Assembly: GCF_009834535.1 (NCBI RefSeq)
Contig: NC_045696.1
Location: 78,494,001 to 78,558,000 of the forward strand
Length of the DNA stretch: 64,000 bases
Reading direction: 5' to 3'
Source of the DNA: Camelus ferus
Lineage: Eukaryota
Below, piece after piece: positions 27,157 through 38,169 of the stretch (position 1 is its first letter; every line of letters begins with the position of its first letter). A model generated the notes under the pieces. The model was not told where the DNA came from. It saw nothing but the letters and a program-made list of their open reading frames with translations, and did not search any database. The position numbers and the translations under genes are program-made.

Positions 27157-27379
27157 GTGTACAGCACAATGCGGATTCTTTGTATACTTTGGATAACAGT
27201 CCTCTTTGTGGGTGTCTTTTCATTCTCTTGATAGTGACTTTCACAAACTAGAAGGTTTTTGGTTTTAATGAAGTTCAACTTATCCATTCTTTCCATAGAC
27301 CATGCCTTTAATGTTGTATCTATAAAGTCATCTCTAAACCCAAGGTCATCTAGATTTTCTTCTGTGTTATAGTCTAGGA
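27157..27379 (-). repeat. inverted duplicate of 28771-28992 (L1-derived)
   Basis: by eye, the reverse complement matches 28771-28992 with 2 substitutions and one 1-nt indel. Confidence 0.95.
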
Positions 27380-27585
27380 TGGAGCAACTGGACATAAAGC
27401 ATTAAAGAGTTACAGGGATTGTGGTGAAGTGGGGAGCAGCAACAGACACTCAGCTCCAGCAGACTGTTGCCATGTACAGTAAGTTCAGGAATGTCAGGTC
27501 TTCTTCAAATATGCCTAAAATAAATGTGGGGGATGTCTCAATTTTTAAATGTTTTCACAAATACATTTTTAAAAACACACTGTGT

Positions 27586-29468
27586 ATAAAAATAATAATA
27601 CAGCATGACCAAGTGGAATTTATTTCAGATACACAGGGTGGTTCAACATTCAAAACACCAATTATTAATTGGTGGTTTAACTTCATTAAAAACAATCCAT
27701 CATATCAATAGTCTAGAAAGGAAAATTACATAATCATATCAATATATGCAGAAAAAGTATCTGACAAAATTCAGCACCTATTCATGATAAACCTCTCAGC
27801 AAACTAAAAATAGAGGGGTACCTCTTCAATATGAAGAAAACTATCTAAAAAAAAATCCTAGAGCTAACATCATGCTTAATGATGAGAACTAGACACTTTC
27901 CCGCTACGATCAAGAACAAGGCAAGTATGTTCCCTCTTACCGTTTATTTTCAATACCTAGATGTCCTAAATAATGCAATAAGAGAAAAAAAAGTACCAGA
28001 CATACAGACTGGGAAGGAAGAAATAAAACTGTCTTTGTTCACAGATGATATGATTGTCTATTTAGAAAATCTGAAAATGTCAACAAAAGACTCCTTGGAA
28101 CTAAGAAGCAATTACAGCAGAGTTGATATATAAGGTGAATATAAAAAGGTCAGTTGCTTTCCTAGATACCAGTGATGAACAAGTGAAATTTGAAATTAAA
28201 AACACTATACTATTTACATTAGTACCCCCTCAAAATTAAAGACTTATGTGTAAATCTAACAAAATATATACAAGAGCTATAATAGGACAGCCACAATACT
28301 CTGATGAACAAAATTAAAGAACCAAGTAAATAGAGAGATATTCCAAGTTCATAGATAGGAGACTTAACATTGTCAAAATGTCAGTTCTTCCCAACTTGAT
28401 CTATAGCTTTAGTGCAATCCTAATCAAAATCCCAGCATTCAATGAGAACAAAGTCTGAAGGTTGATGTTACCTGACTTCAGGACTTAACAATAAAACTAT
28501 AGTAATCAACATAGTGTGATATTGGTGAAAGAATAGACAAACCCCTGGAACAGAATAAAGAGCAAGAAGTAGATCCAAATATAATCAGCTAATCTTTGAC
28601 AAAGGAGTAGAAACAAATCAATTGATAAATGGTAGTCTTTTTTCAAATGGTGTTTGGAAAATTAGATAGCCACAAGTGAAAAAAAAGAAAGATCTAGATA
28701 CAGAAATTACAATATTCACAAAAATTAACTCAGAATCTTAGACCTAATGTAAAATGCAAAACTATGAAATTCCTAGACTATAACACAGAAGAAAATCTAG
28801 ATGACCTTGGGTTTAGAGATGACTTTATAGATACAACATTAAAGGCATGGTCTATGAAAGAATGGATAAGTTGAACTTCGTTAAAACCAAAAACCTTCTA
28901 GTTTGTGAAAGTCACTATCAAGAGAATGAAAAGACACCCACAAAGAGGACTGTTACCCAAAGTATACAAAGAATCCGCATTGTGCTGTACACCAGAAATT
29001 GACACATTGTAACTGACTGTACTTCAATAAAAAAAGAATCCTTAAAACTCAATAATAATAAAATGAATGGCTCAATTAAAAATGGGCAAAAGATCTGAAC
29101 AGACACCTCACAACTGACAAAACTTAGAAGCAACTAAGATGTCCTTTGATAGATGAACAGATGAATGAACAATGGTATATGCAGACAATGGAAGATCATT
29201 CAGCACTGAACAAAAAATGGAGTACAAAGCCACAACAATATATGAATGAAACTTAAATGCCTATTACCAAGTGAAAGAAGACAATCTCCAAGGTCAGTGC
29301 TGGTTCATCAGTTGTAACAAATGTACCACACTGAGGGGTATGTTGATGGTAGGAGAGGCTGTGCATCATCCCAGTGATGAAACGATACATTGGAACTCTC
29401 CGAACTTTCTGTTCAACTTTGCTGTGAACCTAAAACTGCTCTAAAAATAAAGTCTATTGTTCTAAAAA
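27586..29468 (+). mobile_element. old L1M (ORF2 3' half to 3' end, internally deleted), inserted into a MER33-like hAT element (~27420-27585 and ~29490-29545)
   Basis: degenerate RT motifs ([26 protein letters not shown] in the ORF track); 3' end gctgtgaacctaaaactgctctaaaaataaagtctatt. Confidence 0.85.
28977..29035 (+). mobile_element. very short young L1 3' tail insertion
   Basis: gcattgtgctgtacaccagaaattgacacattgtaactgactgtacttcaataaaaaaa; TSD aaagaatcc at 28968-28976 and 29033-29041. Confidence 0.9.
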
Positions 29469-29763
29469 ATTACCGAATAAATTTAAAGCAAAAACACACA
29501 CAGTGTGAGCCAAATAAAACATGTTACTAGACTGGATTACAATTTGTTTAAAGACTATGGTAGTATATACACTCCAAGACTTAAGGTACAATTAACAATA
29601 GGTAGAAAACATTCACATGGGAATAAGGAGTAAATAAAAAGGGTAACTATTATATCATCTGCTATTTCTGGAACTGGAAGGAAATCCTAAGTACTAAAAA
29701 GTCAGTGGAGAATTATTTTCATATTCTCAATGAAAAATACTTCTTTTTAGGAAGCAGAATCCT

Positions 29764-30115
29764 AGGAGACAAGATGGCAGAGTAGAGAGACTCACAGCTC
29801 GCTCTCTCCCACAAATATACCAAGAATTACACCTACAAACCCACTGAATCTCACAGAACACTTACTGAACTCTGGCAGAGTGACTCTCATTTCAAAATAC
29901 AAGAAGATTCTCACAAAATCTGATAAACAACAAGTTTATACTGTATAGAACAGAGAACTATATTCAATATCTTATAATAACTATGGTTAAAAAGAGTATG
30001 AAAACAAATATATATATATGTATGTTCCTATATGACTGAATTGTGTTGTACACCAGAAATTGACACAACGCTATAAACTGATTATACTTTAATAAAAATA
30101 TTAAAAAAAAAAAAA
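29764..30115 (+). mobile_element. L1 5' end fused to L1 3' end (spliced or internally deleted L1) with poly(A) and TSD
   Basis: aagatggc 5' motif; junction at 29922/29923; 3' UTR and A tail; TSD aggaa(a)gcagaatcc on both sides. Confidence 0.85.
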
Positions 30116-30805
30116 GGAAAGCAGAATCCAGGCTTCTACCACTTCATATGTAACTGATTGAAAACTAACAATATCCAAAAATTTCTCTAGTAAAATATGA
30201 GAAAGGAGGATATAACCTTTCTACCCAAGTCCATCATGCAAACATATATTTAGAGAAAAATTAAATACAACACCTAGAATAAGGCCAAAGCACTATTCAA
30301 ATAAAAGTAAGATGTAAGTTTCAGGAGAGCATGGACTTTCTTTCATTTAATGATTTATCCCTAGAATCTAAAACAATGCCTAATACAGAAAAAATACTAA
30401 ATAAATATTTGATTAATAAATACATGAATTATATATTCACTTTAGAAAAAAATCATTCTACTTGTACTGTGGGCCAGCATGGAGAGAGGAACTTGTTAGC
30501 AGTCTACTGCAGCTGTTCAGCTATAAAATAATGAGGATGTGGAAAAAAACAATAGCAGAGGAAACAGGTGAATGCTGCCAACAAGAGCATAAACAAAGGT
30601 CTGCTTAGAACAATGAGAGTCAGTCACTGAAAGCACCAGAAACTGAAGGACTGGAAGACAAGAGCCCAGGAAAGATATTAGAAGGAAAATTGACTTGATG
30701 AAGGAAAGGGATCACAAGACAACAATGTCACAGATGCTCAGAGAGAACAGATTGAGGAGACATAAAAAAACAATCGAGTGTACATGGGGGCCAACTACTG
30801 TGCAT

Positions 30806-31265
30806 AGGGCTGGAATTAGGGATGAGGTAAGTGAAACACCTTGGGCAAAAAAAATTGAAGGGGCATCAAGATACTCTGTAATAAAGACAAATAATATTTA
30901 AATATATACTTTAAAAGAGAAGATTAATGCCAAAGAATCCATGGTAAACAAAATATCAAACTCCTAAGTAAAGACAGGTTGGTTGGTTGTGTTATTACCC
31001 CGTGTTGTTGTGCTCGCTGACAGCCCGCAGTTCCTGGACCTGCAAAGCCTTTGCTTTCCCATTGGGTAGGTTTATGGGATTGACAATGGTGTGCCAACAG
31101 ATTGGGCAGGATGGAACTTTATATATAGTCTTTTTTTTTTTTTAACGGAGAGCTATTATTAACTTTTTCCATTTGATTCAAAACATGAAGGATATTTTAA
31201 TAAGTGGATATGGGGCACGCCTTTTTCTTTTAACACAGTTTCCAAGATAACTTGGCACGGCACTG
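30806..31265. mobile_element. hAT-Tip100 MITE, ORSL-like, with an unexplained internal segment
   Basis: agggctggaattaggg.tgagg.aagtga...aatccatggtaaacaaaatatcaaa...taaagacagg at the left end; ggcacggcactg at the right terminus. Confidence 0.6.
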
Positions 31266-32356
31266 AGACTTGGAAAGCTTCCTTTGGGTTTAACAATTAT
31301 AAATTGTTGGTGACTTAGTGGGAGTTGTCTCAATGTATTAGTGAAGGGAGAGGCCAGACTGCAGCTGATTAAAGAGAGAAGAGGCTGAAGGCAGAGGGCC
31401 AGAAAGGGAGATGTTTGAAGATAGAGAGTAAATAATCCACAAGGCAATACAATTTCTACACTGCTCTTTTATTCAGAGATTTGCCCAAATCTCTTTGCAG
31501 GGAGGCAAAAATAGAGTTAAAAAAAAAAAAAAAGGAAAACAGTAGTCATTCCTACCATGATGCTTTAGAGACTCGCATCTTCACTGAGGCATGACGCTGA
31601 CTTCTGATGCCTGAGGCTCTGTGCTAACAGACCAATATCACCACTGTTTCAATCAGAACATTTCTGAAATGTTTCCAATAACATGTATGTTGACATATCT
31701 TTCTACTAAACATACCATATCCCAGGAATCATCTCCATAAAGAATGATTATCTTGAAAACTGGATGATTGCTATGAAACAACAACAAAAATGCAATTTTG
31801 CAATACCATTTAGATTTAGTGTGAAACACAGTAAATCTCCCACTTGTTAACCTTTCAGATGCACAGATATCTCACAGGAGAAATTTATAAATGTAATCTC
31901 AGGGACAAAATGATCCTTGAAACTTAATTATGTCTTTACCCTTAGAATTTTCCAAAACGAGTATGCAAATGCAGGCATATGAATGATGCCCCAATGAAAA
32001 CTGTCTCAATGTCAACAAAGGTGAAGGAGTACTCAGTAAATAAAAGGGGAAAGTTTCTAATTAAAACAGAATTAAACACTTCAAGCAGAAAACCATGTTT
32101 TTAATTGTTTTATGGGACTAATCTCAAAAGGGTAAAGTCTGATGAATTAAGTTATAGTTTTGTCAAGCCCAAGGCTTCCTCCTTAGACATATTTCACTGG
32201 TGGTTAAATGAGAAAAAGTAGAGAAGACGCTTCCTCCTACAAGAATGGAAACTGGAAGGGCACTAAGAAGGTACATGTGTAAATACATAAAACTAACACA
32301 ATGTGTTCCTAAGAAGAAAACAATAATCTATTTTAAGTTAATAAATGTTTTTCTCT

Positions 32357-32538
32357 TCAAATATTGTAGTGCTTCTCAATGTATGTCAGAACTAGCTCCA
32401 TGAATCAACTCTGGGTTTTGTGAAAAGTCAGATTCTGGGCCCATCAGAATGAGAATCTGAATGGGGGGGCCCAGAATCTGCATTTTTAACAAATTTCACC
32501 AAGTGATCCTCAAGGGTGACAAATTTTAAGAGGCACTG
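32357..32538. mobile_element. MER5-like hAT MITE
   Basis: tagtgcttctcaa...cagattctgggccc...gggcccagaatctgcatttttaacaa...ttaagaggcactg; similar relics near 40080-40330 and 62593-62735. Confidence 0.7.
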
Positions 32539-34832
32539 AGGATGATATACTATGTATGCTATCATTTATAGAATATGTCTACCATTTATATATAATGAAT
32601 CTAACAGTGGAAAATAAATCTACCATTCTATCAAAAAACATCACAAAAATGTGGAAACTACTCACAACAAAGTCAGCATATGAGATCCATGAAGACAAGT
32701 GAAATATCATCAATAGGTATTTGCTGAATGTTTACAATAAATGCAATAAATAAATCTAATATATAAAAAAATTCCTATTTGTAGGAAGTTCGCAGTTTGT
32801 GCACTTAATATGATTTCTCACTCTTTTTCTAATGTTTTAGAACTCAGATACTTTCCAATCTTTCTTTTGCATATTCCCCAAATAACAATATTCTCCTAAA
32901 AAAGTGCAATGCATTTTAATATGAACACGGAATCACCATATTAGTATTTCAGTATTTGTTTACTGAAGTATTCCAAAAGGCTTACAAAGACTTTATGGGT
33001 TGCCTCAGAATTACTCACTTTCTTATCAGGCTATTTCAAAATATAAAAGTACAAAGCTGTAGTTAGCACACAGTATATCTTTAGAAATATATAGCCATCT
33101 ATGACCACACTGCGAGAAATACAGTCTTGCCCTGCAGCTCGGAGGGAAGTGAATTTCAAAAAGGTTAATTCTTAATTAATAGCTCTTAATTAAAACTTTA
33201 CATCTTATTTCTTTTATTTGAGCAAGTCATTAATATTTTAGTTTAATATGTGATATGTCATACTCCCTCAGAATCAGCCTTAGCACCACAAGGTACACAG
33301 CCAGTTTCACAGATGCAAAAGGGCCTGGGGAAGGAAATCGTCATGGGGAAATTGTCATCTTCAAATAGAATTTCCACTGTTTTAAGGGAATTTCTTCTAA
33401 CACTCAAAAAACTTATGAACAAGCATGTATACAGTTGCTTAAAAACCTCCTCCAAGGATTGCACCTTTAAGAAATGGTGCACAAATCTGCACAACAGTAG
33501 CTGCCAACTCTTTAATTTATGTAAGATTGACTCTGATAAAAACAAATATTTTTCCAGCTGTTCACTTACCATAAATCTTAAAAATCTCCAGTATAGTAAA
33601 AGTTATGTATCTACCAGAATGTTTCTCTTCTCTTTAATATTTTCTGATTTATTCGGCCACAGAAACTTCGACTGTGCTCAGGGCCTCATTTTCAAAGAAT
33701 AATGCAGTAACATCAATAATAACAGTGACCATATATTAAATACCAAGTAGCAGTCAGGGGTTGGGAACTTGACGCAAACCATGACTAATCCTCAAATACT
33801 CTCTATGCCAATCCATGTAGGATTTATTACCATCCCAGCTTTACAGATTAGGAAAGAGGCTCAGAAATGTAAATTCACTTAACCAAAGGGACTTGATTAT
33901 TAGGAAGCAAAATTTCTAATCTGATGCTCATTCAACTGCCCTTAGTCCACTTAAGCTAAAATTAGAGGACAGTGAGTAAGTCAGTCTCTCTTTCTCTCTC
34001 TCTTCCACACTTTCATCTCCTCTTTCCAGCTGACTCTTTCTCTGGCTATCATATGGAATTTGTTTTCCATCTTCTTTTCTTTCTATGAAAAAAGCATTAA
34101 ATGTATGTATATGTTGACTAAAGAAAAAAATGTTCTTATTTAGGAAGACTTTTCAATATGGCATGGATTTTACACAGAACAACATATAAATTAATGAGAT
34201 TAAAAGAATAGATTTATTAGCTGGCTAAACCAGTCAACTTTGTAGTGTCACAGATGACTCCAGGCCAAGGACCCTTCCACTTGATTTACTGAATTAATAT
34301 GTGTTGCTCTTTGACTTTTTTTAAAAGCAAATTAATTATATGCTTTTTAAAAAATTAAAGCCCAAAAGTAACCACTTTAAATTTAGTTGCATTATATTTA
34401 TACATGTGAACCGATTTTATTAATAACATTTGTTAGAATGTAGCTAAACTATTCGAAAAGACCTTCGTCAATTAAAAAAATTGTATTTCCATTTTATCTT
34501 GTTAATCACTCTTTGAAGCAAAATCTAGAAGGGTTTAAGTCTGAGAAATTTTTTGCAAAATTAGAGTTCCTTGGAAAGCAGGGGAATCCAATGATACAGT
34601 ATTAGCCATATACTGGACTCTTCAGAAAATGTTAAGAATTCCTCAAACCAAGCCTTATTACCATGGCCCAGAAGAGAAAGAGCATAAATTAAGTTCGGGA
34701 CCATGACTTTCCTGGCACAATACAGGATTCAGTTTTTACCTTTCTGGAGCATCTGACTGGAGTGAGGTTTGGAGCAGGTATTGTTATAGGTATAAAATGG
34801 GAGGGAGCACGGCAGACAAAAGAAGGAGAAAA

Positions 34833-35292
34833 GTACAGGGAAGCCATCCGTCATACGCCTCTTGTGCTCCTGTTTTGCTGAGTCAATGGCTTTGGCTGCT
34901 CCTTCACTCAGGACACTTTTTAAGATCATCATAGGAATGCATCAGGTCGTCCTGAAATGCACCTGGTCTCCCTCTAGTCAAAGAACCAGCTTGCTCACTG
35001 ACTGCTATAAAAGCAGTGGGTCCCCTCAGCTCAGGTTCTTTGTTGGTGGTATACTCAGTGCTCATGCCAGCTCTAGCTGCCTTAGCATCACAAGGTACAC
35101 AGCCAGTTTCTGATCTGCATGATCCTGGGGTATTCTGAGCTTGGAGAGCCAGCACAGCTACTGTGACTTCTGTTCTTTCTGTGAGTGACCCCAGGAGTCC
35201 TGTGTCTTCTGTCAGCATACATGGAACTCTAGTAGGCACTATATCTGTTTCCATAGGAGTTCCGCTGCTTTTAGCTCTCCTCCACACCACCA
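34833..35292 (+). mobile_element. ERVL solo LTR, LTR40-like
   Basis: gtctccctct...agcttgctcactgactgctataaaagcagtgggtcccctcagctcag and gaccccaggagtcctgtgtcttctgtcagcatacatggaact resemble the LTR40 consensus as I recall it; TATAAAA at 35006-35012. Confidence 0.65.
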
Positions 35293-37711
35293 GCCTTCTG
35301 AACACTAAGGTTATTCTCGTAAAGAGAGAAATGCCAACAAGGAGCCGTATTTTCCTTTTAGGCCAGTTTCCATGAAAAATGATAGAATCCAGGGTCTTCG
35401 GCCCCAGCACTCCTGCCTCACTGCCTCACAATTTTCATCTCACTGGCAATGAACATTGAATTTTCAGGAGGAGGCCTGTTCATTAACATAGATTTTAAGT
35501 ATTCTCTCTCAGCTGTTTACTTGAAGAAGGAAAACATTTAGTGGAATAATGTCATATTCCAAATGCTTTGGCTTAAAAAAAATTGTATTTTTATCAACTC
35601 TTAAAAATCCTGTGACAGAATATTCCACAGATTTCCTCTTATTAACTAGAATAATTATGCTTTATTACAGCTCAGATCTAAAGTTATAGCCTGTTTCACC
35701 TAAATATTATTGGATTCATAATTATTAGCATAATGTGTTAATACAGGGCACACATCTTATTTTATTATTTTAAAAACTACCAAGAAATCAAAAGAAAAAA
35801 TTTACCACAAGATGATATATTACCCGTGTCTCCCCACCCCCATCTCTCTGTTTCTCTCCATCACCCACTCCCCAACTCCCCCCTGCTCTCACTCTCTCTT
35901 TCTCACTCTGGTTAAATATTTAACAATCATTTAAATTCAACAACAGTCTGCTTAAGTTGAAAATATTGAAATTAGTCATGTAAAAAATCATTTTAAAGTC
36001 AAGCACCGGAAACACACATTTTGTGCACTTCATTTCATTTTATAGTCTCTAAGAACTATTACAATTTTTAATAAACTTGTATCTGGGATTTGAAGCCAAA
36101 TACTTACACTCAAAAGGCAAGAATTTATTAACCAAAAGACACCCAAAGTGGTGCTAAAATGTATTCCCCAGTGATAAGTTTTAAATGGGTTGTAAAAACT
36201 GCATTTTATTAATCCAGTCACAATTAAAGAACAACAGCTGTCCCATCTGTATCCCCAATGCCCACTATTGTAATGATGATGATTTTTTTCATTTACGACA
36301 TTGCTGATAAATAAATACCTCATGGCCGAGTCCCAAAACCTTAGTTCCATCACTTTAACTACAAAATGTTTTATTTTGCCTCAAGTTTTAAAATATGTGG
36401 CATTAGATAAGTTTAAATGAACAATGTTCTAGATTATAACAAAATACTTTCTCATCTATTTGTATCTTTATCTTTATTTATATCTATATCTGTATGTGTG
36501 TATGTATCCATATATACACATAGTATATCTATTTATATCTTCATATGTAGCCATTATATATAATGTATATGACTCATTTACTTTGCATTATTTCTCATCA
36601 CACAAAATAAATTCATTGTAACTTTTGCTGCTAAGAAATGTTTTATTAATGACCATGCCAGTGTCTTCCTTTTAAAATTCATAAATGTACAAAACTCTAC
36701 TTTTTTTAAAAGATAATAAACAAACACCATTTCTCAAAAAAACTGACTATAAATTACATTTTAAATGTTACTTTAATAGAAGTTAACATCAAAATGGAGC
36801 CTCTGAAATATTTTATTTAAAGTAAAATGAAAACTGCTTTGTCTTTCATAAAGCAAATTATTTCTGGACATTTTTAATAAGATTACTGTCAAATTCAGTC
36901 AGCTTTCCTGACAGAATACATTAGCACACCACCCCATTGTCTAAATGTAGCAGTGCTTCAAACATCACAAATTCAGGAGGCTATCGTTGCTTCTCTCTCA
37001 TTTTATCTCTCAACCACATTTAGGGTTAAAATTAAAAGTGAAAAATAATCAAAAGATTTAAGAAACAGTCAAGATGTATAATGATAACAGCTACTGGCTA
37101 ATATTAGGAGGGAGACCTGGGTTATATCTTGTTGGGAAGGTTTGGTTTGCCTCTTCACTTCCTTGGTTGCTAATTCCTTCATTTATAAAATACAGGAAAC
37201 GTAAGAACTCATGGAGGTGTAGCACCTACAGCATTAAAGTTATTTACATTTTTTGAAATCAAGAAAATCAACCACTTTTAAAACCACAGTGTTAATAAAC
37301 TCATAGCTTAAAGGAAAAAAAAAGCTGCATAGGACCATTTGCAAACAGAATATATGCTTCTTTTACCTGTGTATTTCTCACATAAAAAGTATAAAAAGAG
37401 AAAATTGATATATGCTATGGCCTATTAATATTATTTAGTGTCACTGGTATGAGCAGTAGAGCAAATGTTAATTTCTAAAACAACCTGGATACTTTAAAAT
37501 ATATGTTTTAACATTTTTACAGAGCTGCCTTTTTTTAAATGAATTGCATTCTGTTACATTAAATGGAATATGCTGAGTATAAGCTATCTTTCTTAATGAG
37601 TCAAGTTATGTTCTTGTGGGACACTCTATATATTTATAACATCAGAGACTTAGAAGGTATATATGGTTATTTTTTATATACAGAATGGCTTTGAGAACAA
37701 CTAGTTTTTTT

Positions 37712-37888
37712 TAAAGGAAGAAATAGGAAGGAAGAAAGGAAGGGTAGTAAGGAGGGAGAAAGAAGGAAAGGAAGGAAGGGTGTAGGGAGGGAGGGTGTGA
37801 GAGAGAAAAAGGAAAGAAAAGGAAAAGGAAGGAAGAAAGGAAGAGGGGGCAGGGAGGGAGAGAGAAAGGGAGAAAGAAGGAAGGAAAT
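37712..37888 (+). repeat. purine-rich (GGAA/GGGA-like) low-complexity tract
   Basis: about 175 nt of almost pure A/G; produces the spurious F/L/P/S-rich ORF 37711-37917. Confidence 0.9.
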
Positions 37889-38013
37889 TTTTTCAATTTT
37901 TTTTTCCTTCCCATCACTTCTTCCTGCTCTGCTCTTACTGGATCTTACTACTACAATCTGCTGACTTATTTAAATACTATATAGACTGTGTGCGGTTGAA
38001 TTTGGTCCTCGCC

Positions 38014-38169
38014 ATGTCTTCTCACAAGACTTTCAGGATCAAGCAATTCCTGGCCAAGAAACAAAAGCAGAATCATCCCATTCCCCAGAGCATTCGAACG
38101 ATAACTGGTAATAAAATCAGGTACAACTCCAAGAGGAGACGTTGGAGAAGAACCCAGCTGGGTCTGTAA
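38014..38169 (+). pseudogene. RPL39: processed retrocopy of 60S ribosomal protein L39 with an intact 51-aa ORF; whole retrocopy ~37985-38354
   Basis: translates [51 protein letters not shown]; no introns; gccATG context; AATAAA at 38315-38320; A-rich tail at 38343-38354; possible TSD atactata. Confidence 0.95.

Noticed and set aside
27421..28133. ORFs containing L1 reverse-transcriptase-like peptides
   Set aside because: Fragments of a dead L1 with frameshifts and stops; not functional CDS.
31010..31025. gtgctcgct resembling the U6 5' end
   Set aside because: The match stops after ~9 nt; no further U6 similarity.
33250..33702. 150-aa plus-strand ORF and overlapping 104-aa minus-strand ORF
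   Set aside because: No recognisable domain; the plus ORF starts at GTG; AT-rich sequence; no flanking exon structure supports either frame.
34904..35410. 168-aa minus-strand ORF sharing ETGCVPC with ORF 33258-33572
   Set aside because: Lies antisense within the LTR; the shared peptide merely reflects the 32-bp DNA repeat.
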